Virus record (IMG/VR): IMGVR_UViG_3300046167_000869
Coordinates: 1,045-65,044 of that record
DNA: 64,000 bases
DNA from: a virus
Lineage: Duplodnaviria; Caudoviricetes
Direction: 5' to 3' (one strand)
Shown here: positions 19,077 through 30,361 of the stretch, in pieces
How positions within the stretch are numbered: position 1 is the stretch's first letter
Layout: every line of letters begins with the position of its first letter
Position numbers and translations under genes: made by a program
The notes under the pieces: generated by a model
The model's input: only the letters and a program-made list of their open reading frames with translations
Told to the model about the DNA's origin: nothing
The model's database searches: none

Positions 19077-21062
19077 GATAGGGGATTTTGTATTTAAGCT
19101 GAAATACGCGCGTTATAATTCCGAGGCGAAGCGGCGCGAGACGTGGGGAGAAGCCGTTGAGCGGTATTGCCAGATGCACCGCGACAAGTACGGCGCGGAG
19201 ACAGTCGGCGCGCTCATCGAGGACGTAAGACCCGCACTGTTAAGGCGTGAAATTCTACCCTCCATGAGAGGGTTACAATTTGGCGGAGACGGTATACTTA
19301 ATAAAAACATGAGGTTATACAACTGTACATCCTCATACGCAGACCGCCCGCGATTCTTTGCCGAGGCGTTATGGCTCCTCTTATGTGGCTCAGGTGTGGG
19401 ATTCAGCGTGCAGCGTCACCACGTCGCGCGGCTTCCCTCAATCCGAGAGCCTATCTCTAAAGCAGAGCACCTGATCACGGACAGTATCGAAGGGTGGGCC
19501 ATCTCTGTGGATGCGCTCATGAAAGCATATACACAAGGTGGCTCTGAGCCCGTTTTCAACTTCTCACGCATCCGGCCCAAAGGATCACCGCTCAGCGTTG
19601 GAGGCGTCGCACCAGGGCCCTGAACCCTTGAAGGAGGCGCTAGAGGGCGTGAGGGCCATTCTACGCCGCGCGATAGGGCGACAGCTCACACCGCTAGAGG
19701 TCTTTGATGCTACAATGTACCTTGCCGACTGCACGCGGACAGCAGGCACGCGACGAAGCGCGACCATCGCGCTCTTCTCGGCTGATGATCAGGAGATGAT
19801 GAACGCTAAAACAGGGGAGTGGTATGTCACGCACCCGAAGCGCGCAAGAGCCAATATATCCTGCCGTGATCACCTCAGAGACGCCACAAGAGACATTCAG
19901 GGAGCTGATCAAGAGCACGCGCGAGTTCGGCGAGCCGGGGTTCTTATTCCTCGAATCTACAGAGCACTGCGTCAACCCTTGTGTAGAAATCATCATGGCC
20001 CCTGTATTGATACGCGCTCCAAACAGGCAGATAGCGCAGAAATACACAGCAGAGCTACTCGATCCCGCGCGGCGCGCAGAGTGGGAAGCTCAAGGATATT
20101 CTTTTGAGAGTGGGTGGCAAGCGTGTAATCTCACTAGTGTGAACGTGAGCGCATGTGAGACACCCGCAGATCTTGCAGAGGCGACGCGCCGCGCCGCGAT
20201 ACTAGGCACCCTTCAAGCAGGTTTCACAGACGCCGGATATTTAGGCGCCGTCAGCCGTAGGATCATTGAGCGCGAGGCGCTCTTAGGGGTTTCTCTATGT
20301 GGTGTGCTCGACCGTCCCGAGGTCACGACAGACACCGCACTAGAGCAAGCGGCGCGCGCAGCGGTAGAGGCGAACACCTCAACAGCTCAGGTGATCGGAA
20401 TCAGACCCGCCGCGCGCGTGACATGCGTCAAGCCTGAAGGGACATCTAGCTTAGTGCTAGGCTCCTCAAGCGGGATTCATCCCGCGCACGCTCAGCGCTA
20501 TCTTAGGCGTGTCCAGTGCTCCACATTAGAACCTGTATTCAACCATTTTAGAGCGGCCAACCCGCAAGCGGTAGAGCCTAGCGCGTGGGGCTCAGATTAT
20601 TGTGTGATCTTCCCTATGAGCGCGCCCGAAGGCGCTCTAACTAAAAATGATCTCAGCGCGCTAGAGATGTTAGAGCAAGCGCGCAGAGTCAAAAAACACT
20701 ATGTGAACTCAGGCACCGCGCGCCCAGAGAGCCTAGAGGGCGCCTCACATAATGTAAGCCTCACTGTGAGCGTAGATGTAGACGAATGGTCAGAGGTCGA
20801 GGACTACTTATGGTCTCACCGCTCCGACTTCACAGGCGTTTCACTACTAGCGAGCTCAGGGGATTATGATTATATACAGGCGCCGCTACAGGGAGTGAGC
20901 CCTGACATGGAAGGTGACGACCAGCGCCGCGCTTGGGAATTATGGGAGATGTTAAGTGGGACGATGAGCCCCGTGGATTATGACAATCTAAATGAAGAGA
21001 CAGACGTTACAGCGCCGCTTGCTACCGAGGCGTGCGCGGGTGGACAGTGTGAGCTAAGGTGA
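19075..21062 (+). CDS. nrdJ: Class II (B12-dependent) ribonucleotide reductase, split by indels near 19620 and 19860
   Basis: KYARY..RRETW, PSMR, YNC, GSGVGFSVQ, APGP, RRSA, NPCVEI, CNL, TCVKPEGT and C-terminal CAGGQC. No small subunit gene is present in the window. Confidence 0.85.
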
Positions 21063-23079
21063 GTATCACGCGCTTGAGCGTAGACCGCCCGCCACTCTTC
21101 ACCGCGCGCAACCGCCGCGCATGGACAACGGGCGGCGAGGCGCTCAAGCGCTTAGGTGTAGCCCGCGCGCTAGGCTATGCATCAAGCTCACTGATCTATG
21201 TAATGAACCGCGCCGATGACCTCCAAGAGCTCAGCGCGGATGAAGAGGCGCAGCTTAGCGAGGGGATAGGCCGCCTCTCTGATTTATGGGCGAGGTGGAC
21301 GGCGCAAGAGCGCGAGGAGTTCTATCACACGTTCCTAGACACGGCTAGACAGCCTCATTTCGAGCGGCCCTACTCAGAGCCCAAAATCTACATCCCAGAT
21401 CACCCGCGAGGAATGGAAGAGATGAGGCGCCGAGAGTGGGCGCCGCACCCTTACCAAGCGCGCGCTGTACAGTTCGCGCTAGAGCGCCCGCGCTCAGTGC
21501 TAGCGCTTGAGATGGGGCTCGGTAAAACGCTTATCGCGCTGATGAGCTATCACCTACTCAAAGCGCGCGGAGAGCTCAGGCGCGTGATCATCGCGGCCCC
21601 GAAGAGCGCGCACGCATCTTGGAGAGATCACCTGGAGCTATCAGATGCTCAGATTCATGTGTTGACGTCACAGCCCCCAGACAAGCGCGAAGAGATCTAC
21701 ACAGCGCTCTATCACGGGCAGTTAGAAGGCGTGCTGATCACACCGCAGACACTCGCGATAGACCGGAGCTATTTTAAGAAGCTCATGAGCCTTGAGCCTT
21801 ATCTCTTGGTAGCTGATGAGGTGCATAAATTCAAAGCGCCGCAAGGGATAAACGGCCTTATGTTTTCAAGAGCTTAGCAAGAGCGCCGCGCGCGTGATAG
21901 GGCTCACAGGCACGCCGAAGCCCAACGCCGTTGAAGACTTCTATCATGTGATTGATCGGGTAGACCCTAACAGACTAGGAGACATCCAAGAGTTCACCGC
22001 GCGTTACACCTACCGCAAGCTCGCTCAATATGACTCGATCAGAGGCCCACAGTATGAGATGGGAGCGCTGAGAGGAGACATGTTAGGTGAGCTCTATGAG
22101 CGTCTTAGAGATACCCTCTTCACGCGCAACACCTCAGACCCCGACGCTCAACTAGACCTACCCCCACGCGAGGATCTAGCGCCCTACATCGCACCGGATG
22201 AGAATCAGCGCGAGCTCATGAAGCAGCTAGTGGAGATGCAAGGCGGCGCGAGAGCTCAACGCGAGTAGCTACAGAGAAGCGTTAGAGGGCGCGCGAGGTT
22301 TCAAAAACAAAGTGGCAGCAGAGGGCGCGCCTAAAACATCTCAGGCGCTCGGGATGAGACTTGAGCAACTCACGATATCACCCGCGATCTTTAGCGAGAC
22401 CTTCAGCGTCGAGGCGCCGAACTACGAGAGCCCTAAGCTGAGATGGATCATAGATATGGTGCTACGCTATCTCGCAAAGGACGAGACACACGCGGCTGTG
22501 ATTTTCTGTGAGTACATCACAGGGCTCACAGAGGCGCGTAAAGCGTTGATCAGGCGAGGGCTCAAGAGCTCAGAGATCGACATCTACACAGGCGAGAGCT
22601 CAGAGAGCCAGCGCGCAGAAATGACACGCCGACTCAATGAAGGTGGCTCAAGAGTTCTACTCGGGCAGACCCGCGCGCTAGAGACAGGCGCCAACTTACA
22701 GAAGCGCGCCGCGATGGTCGCGCACCTCTCAACACCGTGGGCGCCGGACACCCTAACGCAGAGCACCGCGCGAGTATACAGACAGGGACAGAAGCGCCCT
22801 GTAATCGTGCTGAGACCATCAGGATCAAGGCTCGAAGAGGCCAAGAACAAAGCGCTAACACGCAAGATCATGCAGAGCGCGAGCCTCACAGGAGCCCTAA
22901 GCGACGCAGACCGCGCAGTGATCGAGACCAGCGCAGATGAGCGCGTAAGGCGCGCGCACTCAAGATTATTAGAGCGTGGGGCCTATGATCTTGATACAAT
23001 ACACACACTTATAAAGTTAGAGGGAGATCATGAGCAGACTCAAGCTAACAGGGCGCGCGGATCAACTAGCCCGCCCTGA
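21059..23079 (+). CDS. SNF2-family helicase, split into three frames
   Basis: PYQ, LEMGLGKT, DEVH, LTGTP, ETGANLQ and QSTARVYRQGQ motifs spread over 21059-21877, 21894-22268 and 22312-23079. Confidence 0.88.
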
Positions 23080-23692
23080 GATACAGTTTCAAATATGGCA
23101 ACAGCTCACGATACAGAAGGGCTTCAGGCGCCGCTTCAGCGTGGAGGGGGTGAAAGGCGAGGTGGTCCTAGACCCACGTGACCGCCCCTCACAGGTTATC
23201 GACCTGATCAAAGCAAAGGCGGAGAAGAGCGCGCCAGAGTATAGGGGAGAGGTCGATGTGATAAAAGAGCTAGCCGGTGAGATGAGCACGCTCCATAAAG
23301 CGCGCGTGAGCTCTCTCATGGATGAGCTAGACGCGATTCTCGTAGAAGATCTTGAGAAGGGCTATAAGCCCCCTGAGAGCGTCGCGCGCGAAGCGGCGCG
23401 AGGCTTAGAGCTCAGACGCGAACACGGGCGCGGAGGCTTGAGCGCTAAGCAAGCAAGTGAGCAAGGTATAGGCTCAGGAGTACAGCGCGCGGTAAATTTG
23501 AAAAACCGCGATGAGATGACTCTCAAGACCGTGAAGCGTATGAAAAATTTCTTCAGCAGACACCGCACCTATAAAGAGCGCGGATATCACCGAGACCGCA
23601 CCAGCGCGAGCTATATCTCATGGTTATTATGGGGCGGTGACGCGGGTGATAAATGGGCTCAGAGGATCGTAAAAGAGGAGAGTGATAAATGA
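23030..23692 (+). CDS. Head-associated protein with a C-terminal WLLWGG domain
   Basis: PPESVAREAARGLELR..GVQRA..TVKRMKNFFSRH..ISWLLWGGDAG..WA domain, preceded by DLEKG. Confidence 0.7.
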   Translation: MSRLKLTGRADQLARPEIQFQIWQQLTIQKGFRRRFSVEGVKGEVVLDPRDRPSQVIDLIKAKAEKSAPEYRGEVDVIKELAGEMSTLHKARVSSLMDELDAILVEDLEKGYKPPESVAREAARGLELRREHGRGGLSAKQASEQGIGSGVQRAVNLKNRDEMTLKTVKRMKNFFSRHRTYKERGYHRDRTSASYISWLLWGGDAGDKWAQRIVKEESDK

Positions 23693-26235
23693 CTTGGAAT
23701 CTAACACAGACCATGAACTTGATTAAGGCCGCCGGCCACAAGTACACACATAGAAAGCTAGTGGGTAGAGATCCGAAGACAAACCGCGCGCGCTATCGTT
23801 ATTATTATGCAGAGCATCACGGCGGCGGGATTACAAGCGCTAAGTTTGAGGAAGGTGCAGCGTTTAAGCTCACCTTTAAGGGTAGGCGCGGACACTTCCA
23901 CATTAACCGCGTAGAGGGTGATAAGGTCTTTGTGAAGCACGACGGCCGCCCCGGCTCTAAAGAGGTCGAAATGTCACAAGACGAGCTCAGAGCGCTACTT
24001 GAAAAGCAACACGCAAAGGCCGAGACCAAGAGCCGTGAGAAGGCTCAGAAGCGGCGCAAGAGCGCCACTAAGAAGCGCAAGAGCACCAAGCGCAAGAAGC
24101 CACGCGAGCAGTTAACCGAGACCGCCGCGCAAGCGCAACAAAGCGCGGATAACTTCGAGACGATGCCAGAGGAGCCCCGAGGTTTACGCGAAAGCCGCGC
24201 GAGTCTCAAAAGAAAAGAGGAGATCTTAAGAGACTCAAAAGCCGTGGGAACAAGCGCGGACAGAATCAAAGACATCGAGGAGAGCATATTGACCCTTCGA
24301 GACAATGTGGCAGATCTTGAAGAGAGTCACTTGTCTGAGGTGTTCGCGGATCGCCTCAAAAAACGCGCGGCGTCTGCAAAAGGCAAGCAACTTTTAAACG
24401 CGTTAACAGAAGCGCACCAAGAGGCATATAAAGAGGGCGGTGATGAGAAGCGCGCGCGAGCTGAGCGCGCGCTTGTGGACTTTTACAAAGACACATCCAT
24501 AGAGCGCCCCAGCAGTAAAGAACGGCTCGCGGATCGTCGTTTTCAGGACGTCCGCAACATCAACGACAATTGGCGCGGGAGCGACGAGCTGGCCTTACAT
24601 GATGAGCTGAAAGAGCAAGAGACAGAGGCGCGCCAAGTTTACTACCGTCACGCGAGCGGTGACACACAATACACACAGGCGCAAGTAGACACAGCCGTGA
24701 AAAAGATGACCACGAAAGGCGCACAGGCGGCCGCGCTTAAGTTCGCGTACACGGAGGGGATGGAGAGAGCCGCTAGAGAGCTAGAGGCGCAAGCGCAACA
24801 AAGCGCGGATAACTTCGAGACGATGCCAGAGGAGACCCAAGCCCCAAGCGCCGAATATAAAGAGACACGCGCGCAGATCTTGAGAGAGAGATCCGGCGAT
24901 TTTGACCGGCAGAAGCTTAAAGAGCTTGAGAAACGTTTGAAGACGCAGACGGGGCCCGACTCTGCGCGCGCTTCGGAGGAGCACATTAACTCGTTACTCA
25001 CTTTGGCGAGGACGCCAGAGATGAAGCGTTTGGTTGATAACGTAGTGGCTGAGCATAAAGGAACGACCCCTCAGACGCAGCTTGACGCGATCACGGAGTA
25101 TATGACGGAGAAAGCACCCCCGCGCGCGCCGTTGCCTGAAGATCAGAGCCCTGAGAGTCTCACCTATGAACTCGCAAAGGTGAGAGAGCGCGCGACGGCG
25201 GACCTTAACAGGGCGAGCCGTGGTGAGCTTTTGCCGCCAACCATCGCAGAGCTTGAGGCACAAAGAGACGCCGCTTATGACGCGATCCCCTCCGCACCGA
25301 GCGATGCGCGCCTAAAGGCACAAGAAGAGTACTACAGGCGTGAGGCTTTGGCGACGGCTACACGCCATGTATACAGCGCCGCGATCAGTGAAGCGATTCA
25401 AAACCGCACAGGCCAGCAGATCCAACAGCTTGAACAACTCATATTTGAAAAGAAGCAAGAGCGCGCAGAGGAACGCGCTAAAGCGAAAGAGGCGCAAGCG
25501 CAACAAAGCGCATTTAAAGACCTCTCGACGGAAGACCGCGCGCAGATCTCAACCGTAGTATCAGAGCTCGACAAGACGGGCGGCAAGATCCTTAATGTAG
25601 AGAAACAGGGTGACGGCTATGTCGTCACCATTGACCCGTTCAGCGCACTAGATGAGCGCCCTACGCGTTTCAGTTTTGGGCGCTCAAGAGGCGGCGATAT
25701 AAGGTCTTCAGGACTTCAGGAATCCTCACGAGGACACGCAGCCGACGCGGAGACTAACGCGCACGTTAAAACTTTTGGGAAACGCTTAAAAGATATCATC
25801 AAAAACGACGAGCGTTTCGAGAGCTTCTACATGATCAAGCGTCCAAAAAAGAAGAGAGTACGAGACGGCCAAACATGGTTCCCCGTAGACCAAGACGAAG
25901 AGAATTACTTTGTGTTTGAGTTTGAGACCGCCGCGCAAGCGGAAGACCGCGCGGGGCAAGGCGTATCCCAGACCGCGCAAGCTTTTAAGGAGATGGTGTC
26001 CACCATCAAGAGTGAGAGTAAAGGTGAAGCGGCTCAGGCGGCTCAAAAAAAGTTCAAGGCGGGACTAGACGAGATAATTGAAAAGACGAAAGCAGGCACA
26101 CTCACAGACGCAGAGCGCGCGGAGCTCCTACCCATCACTGAAGAGTTGGTGGAGATAACATCCGGTAGAGCGCGCAACCTCATGATAATGATCAGAGAGC
26201 AGGTTAAGGCATCATCAGAGAGGAGGGGGGGATAA
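23689..26235 (+). CDS. Large putative head-packaged protein (848 aa)
   Basis: NLIKA site then the shared N-terminal domain; AQQSADNFETMPEE linkers. Confidence 0.75.
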   Translation: MTWNLTQTMNLIKAAGHKYTHRKLVGRDPKTNRARYRYYYAEHHGGGITSAKFEEGAAFKLTFKGRRGHFHINRVEGDKVFVKHDGRPGSKEVEMSQDELRALLEKQHAKAETKSREKAQKRRKSATKKRKSTKRKKPREQLTETAAQAQQSADNFETMPEEPRGLRESRASLKRKEEILRDSKAVGTSADRIKDIEESILTLRDNVADLEESHLSEVFADRLKKRAASAKGKQLLNALTEAHQEAYKEGGDEKRARAERALVDFYKDTSIERPSSKERLADRRFQDVRNINDNWRGSDELALHDELKEQETEARQVYYRHASGDTQYTQAQVDTAVKKMTTKGAQAAALKFAYTEGMERAARELEAQAQQSADNFETMPEETQAPSAEYKETRAQILRERSGDFDRQKLKELEKRLKTQTGPDSARASEEHINSLLTLARTPEMKRLVDNVVAEHKGTTPQTQLDAITEYMTEKAPPRAPLPEDQSPESLTYELAKVRERATADLNRASRGELLPPTIAELEAQRDAAYDAIPSAPSDARLKAQEEYYRREALATATRHVYSAAISEAIQNRTGQQIQQLEQLIFEKKQERAEERAKAKEAQAQQSAFKDLSTEDRAQISTVVSELDKTGGKILNVEKQGDGYVVTIDPFSALDERPTRFSFGRSRGGDIRSSGLQESSRGHAADAETNAHVKTFGKRLKDIIKNDERFESFYMIKRPKKKRVRDGQTWFPVDQDEENYFVFEFETAAQAEDRAGQGVSQTAQAFKEMVSTIKSESKGEAAQAAQKKFKAGLDEIIEKTKAGTLTDAERAELLPITEELVEITSGRARNLMIMIREQVKASSERRGG

Positions 26236-26616
26236 TGACCTACTCACCAACACTAGCGCTCACGATCCTCAAAGCGGCTCAACACAAGTACACACACAGA
26301 AAGCTAGTGGGTAGAGACCCAAAGACCAACCGCGCGCGCTATCGTTATTATTATGCAGAGCATCACGGGGGAGGGATCACAGGCGCGAAGTTTGAGGAAG
26401 GTGCAGCGTTTAAACTGACCTTTAAAGGACGCCGTGGGCACTTCCACATTGACCGCGTAGAGGGTGATAAGGTCTATGTCACGCACGACGGGCGACCCGG
26501 CTCTAAAGGCGTGGAGCTCACAAAGAGCGAACTTCGAGCGCTACTTGAGAAACAGCACACAAAGGCCGAGACCAAGAGCCGCGAGAAAGCCCAGCGCAAG
26601 CGCACCAAGCGCAAGA
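23737..26616 (+). repeat. About 330-bp near-identical 5' gene segments (about 23737-24070 and 26283-26616)
   Basis: cacaagtacacaca(t/c)agaaagctagtgggtagaga...gcgctatcgttattattatgcagagcatcacgg... encodes the same domain in two adjacent genes. Confidence 0.9.
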
Positions 26617-28641
26617 GCCCCAAGCGCCAAGCGTCAAAGACAGCCGCGCCGAAGATCAAACGCATGAGCGCGAGTGAGCGCAAGGCGCTTGATAGTGATC
26701 TCTCTAAAGCGCTGAGAGAGGGAGACGCGGACGCGGCACATGAGCTCATAAAGAAAGACCAGATTGACTACGCACAGACAGGTAACAGCGCGCTTGATAG
26801 CCTGTTTTCACAAGCGATCAGCGCGGGTGATGTAGAGACGTTCGATGATGCGACTAAGAAGATCAGCGGGCGCGGTAAGCTCTCAGCGGAGCAACTCAGC
26901 GCGCTTGAGGAGGCGGCGCGGCGCGGCGCGCTCAACTCGACCACTCAAGGTGATCTTGAGGTGTACGCGCTCAACAGCTCAACAGACCCCGACCGCTCGT
27001 TAACGCTACTTGTCAAAGGCGATAAGCTTCGAGCTCAAGATTGACGACTTCAGACCACCTAACTCACGCGATCAGCGCGCTATACCGGAGGGTAAAGAGC
27101 AACGCGCACCGGTGCCGAAAAGAGAAGCTTGATGAGGCGCTCAGCGCGATTCAGGGCGCTCTTAGAGAAGAACCCTGATCTCGCGTCAGATCCCAGAGTA
27201 GCCGCGCTCATAGGCCCGCAGAGGCAAGCCCAAGCGCGAAGGGCGAGCAGATGAGATGTTTCTCACCATTGACGGACGAGAGCGGAAGGCTGAGTTTAAG
27301 TATCAGCTCATTGAGGCGGGCGACGCGATCCCCTCACATGATCCGCTGAGCTTCAGTAAGCGTGAGGACTACCCCGAAGGGATTCAGGAGCGCATCTATC
27401 ATCAGGACCGAATGGAACAGCTCAAAGTACAGCGCAACGCGGGTAGCGCATACGAGCCTTCATACTTGATCAACACGAACCCAGACGCGACCAACGGCCC
27501 GCCGATTGTGACACCTGACGGAATCGTGTTAGGAGGCAATAGCCGAGTAATGAGCACTCAGCTAGTACACATGAACAACCCCGAAGGGCGAGAGCGTTAT
27601 CGAGAGAAACTCTCTCAAGACGCGGCGATCTATGGCTTCAGTCAAGTAGACATCGACGCGATGGATCACCCAATGCTTGTGCGAGTATACGAGCCAGAGC
27701 AGACCGATAAGAAACATATGGCTAAGCTCGTTAGAGCCATGAATGAGAACAAGACACAAGGGATGGACGAGCGCACAGCCGGACGCGCGGCCGCCGCTAA
27801 GGTCTCTCAGCGCACGCTCAAGACACTTCAACAGGGCCTTGATAAGTTCCCGACATTCAGCTTTAACCGATTCATGACACGCCCCTCAAAAGCGCTCGAC
27901 GCCTTTAAAGAGGCGCTATACTCAGATGGTATTCTAAACGCTCAGAACGCATCGCAGCTCATACGCTCACAAGACGGCACGTTTACCGCGACCGGCCGCG
28001 AGTTTATGCAGTATATGTTGACGGGCTATGTAGTGAGCGACGATAGGCTTTTGCCCACGCTCGACTATGCGACAATGGAACAACTCACAGTGAGCTTAGG
28101 TAAGTTCGCCGCCGCCGGTATTGGCGAGGCTGAGCGCTCTAGTCTCCAGAACGCGATAGCCATCTACAACAACGTGATAAGCCGCGATCTACTCCCTCAG
28201 AAGGGCGGTAAAGATCTGATTCAAAAGCGTAACCGAGTTGTAGACATCATCATGCTAGAGGAGCAAGAGCTAGGACTTGCAGAGGCGGGCGCAGAGGGTA
28301 GTGATAGTGATGAGTTAAGCGTCTCGAAGATCCCTATTGGCGAGCTCAAAGAGCGCGTGAGAAAAGATCCATTGAGTAGCGCATTTCTCAAGATCCTCAC
28401 ACTCAATCCCGGAACTAAACGCCTTGAGAAAACCGTTGAGCGCTTCATTGAACTTGTAGAGGACACAGGACAATCTAGCCTATTTGGTGGTGATGAGGTG
28501 CTCGATTACACAGAGGCCGCTAGCAAGCTTGCTCAAGAGCTCTCAGAGACACATGAGATTGAGGCGCGGCTCTATGAGCTACCTGAGAAGACGCGCAAGG
28601 GCTCACCTCTACTCGATCTCTATAAGGCGATCAGATGCTAG
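26235..28641 (+). CDS. Head-packaged protein with a DdrB-like ParB domain (probably one gene broken by indels at about 27040-27255)
   Basis: TILKA plus the shared domain. The downstream frame has YQLIEA..IPSHD, YP..IQERIY, NGPPIV..DGIVLGGNSR and MLVRV, typical of DdrB-ParB. The intervening DNA reads as protein-like text in shifted frames. Confidence 0.7.
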
Positions 28642-29660
28642 TGTTGGACGCCGAGCGCCGCACGCGCCAGAGTATCGCGGATCATTATGACGCGCTCAGC
28701 GTGGAGCTCTTAGGCGCTCGCGCTTCGGGGCTTTCGCGTGAGCGTATCGAGGCGCTAGTGAGATCAGGACGCTTGAGCGCTGATCAGCTCAGAGGACTAG
28801 ACGCGGGCGCGCTCGACGAGCCCATGAACCCTATACTCTTTATCAGGCTCATCGGTACACCCTACAGCCGCGCAAATCCTGATGAGAGAGCGCGTATGCG
28901 GACATGGAGCCTTGAGAGGTGGCGTAGACAGCTCACAGGCGCAGACAGGAGACCCGCGCGCCTGATCCCACCACCACCGGCGCCGATACAACGAGAGCCT
29001 AGCCCCTACAGCGCACCGCAACCGCCGAGCCCGCGCGCGATCCCTGAGCACTTCACCGCAGCAGAGCGCGCGGGAGTGGTGAGCGCGTTCGAGTTGGCCG
29101 GATCTTATATCAGAGGATTAGGCGCACGATTCGCAGACGAGGCGAGCGCTGATCTCTTCGAGCAGTGGAACGGTGAGCGCATCTTAGAGACACCCGACCC
29201 AGAGCGGCGCGCACAGGTGCTTAAGGTGATCCGCGAGGAGGTGGGAGCGGCGACGCTCACAAAAGACCAAGCGCGCACAGTAGCGAGGCGTATTAGACAA
29301 CGCTCAGGAGACCTAGCGCGTAACTTCGAGAGGATCGCAGAAACAGAGCTACAGGCTACCCACAATGAGGGACAGATCGCGCAAGCGGTAGAGCTTGACG
29401 GGGAAGGCGCGCGCGTGGCCCGTATCCCAGAGAGCGGCGCGTGTAAGCATTGCCTTGAGCTCTTCATAGACCGAGAGACACAGCGCCCACGTATCTTTGA
29501 GGTGAGTGAGCTCATAGAAAACGCAACGAACATAGGAAGGGCGCGCGCGAATTGGCAGCCTTCCGCCTACCCTGTACACCCTAATTGCAGATGTGATACA
29601 ATACCGGTAGGCCCCTCTCAGATTGTGAGCAGGAGCGGGCGTTTAGAGGAGTTAAAATGA
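28635..29660 (+). CDS. MuF/gp7-like minor head protein
   Basis: RIAETE, ACKHC and PVHPNCRC motifs; directly upstream of the protease. Confidence 0.85.
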   Translation: MLVLDAERRTRQSIADHYDALSVELLGARASGLSRERIEALVRSGRLSADQLRGLDAGALDEPMNPILFIRLIGTPYSRANPDERARMRTWSLERWRRQLTGADRRPARLIPPPPAPIQREPSPYSAPQPPSPRAIPEHFTAAERAGVVSAFELAGSYIRGLGARFADEASADLFEQWNGERILETPDPERRAQVLKVIREEVGAATLTKDQARTVARRIRQRSGDLARNFERIAETELQATHNEGQIAQAVELDGEGARVARIPESGACKHCLELFIDRETQRPRIFEVSELIENATNIGRARANWQPSAYPVHPNCRCDTIPVGPSQIVSRSGRLEELK

Positions 29661-30361
29661 GAATAGATTTAATCAAAGCTGAGATTGACAAAGACAAACC
29701 AGAAACCGCTAAAATCGCGGGCGTGATATCGACTGATGAGGTTGATTTACAAGGTGAGAGAGTCTTGCAGAAAGGCTTAGATTTCAGCTACTTCTTAAAA
29801 AAAGGCGTGTTCAATTACGAGCATCAATCGGGCGCGTCTAACCTCCTCGGATACCCCACAAAGGTAACGCAGCGGAGAGGCTACACCGAGGTTGAGGGCG
29901 TGTTACTCCTCGATAAGCCGAAAGCGCGAGACATCTTTGAGACCGCTTCAGCGATGAGGAAGGCCGGAGGGCATCGAACGCTAGGCTTTAGCGTTGAAGG
30001 ACAGGTTGTAGAGCGCGACCCAGAGAACCCTAAGATAGTGACTAAGGCGAAAGTCATCAACTGCGCGATCACCTCAAACCCTATCAACCCCGACACATCA
30101 CTTGAGCTCATCAAATCAGTAGCGGCGCTCTTAAAAGGTGTCGGATATCAAACCCCGAGCCAAGTAAACGGCGCATCTATCGCGGGCCTCATCCCGCAGC
30201 AACTCGACTCCACAGTGAGTAACGCAAGTTATAACGCCTTGAATGATGGGCGTTTAGCCTCTATAATCAAAAAATTATCAGCACTATACCCTAATGTAGA
30301 ACCCGGCGCGCTCGCTCGCGCCGCATCAGAATTATCAGGAGTCCTTCATGAAGGCAGATGA
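29657..30361 (+). CDS. Prohead protease
   Basis: IAGVIST..DLQGE, FNYEH (His), LGFSVEG (Ser) and AITSNPINP. Confidence 0.9.
   Translation: MRIDLIKAEIDKDKPETAKIAGVISTDEVDLQGERVLQKGLDFSYFLKKGVFNYEHQSGASNLLGYPTKVTQRRGYTEVEGVLLLDKPKARDIFETASAMRKAGGHRTLGFSVEGQVVERDPENPKIVTKAKVINCAITSNPINPDTSLELIKSVAALLKGVGYQTPSQVNGASIAGLIPQQLDSTVSNASYNALNDGRLASIIKKLSALYPNVEPGALARAASELSGVLHEGR

Noticed and set aside
19990-20125. Intein or intron in nrdJ between NPCVEI and CNL
   Set aside because: The insert is only about 40 aa with no splicing motifs, so it is better read as a loop insertion.
27256-28641. Plasmid or chromosome partition ParB acting on the parS site
   Set aside because: The motifs fit the DdrB-like ParB of virion proteins, with no HTH and no parA, and the gene is in the head module.
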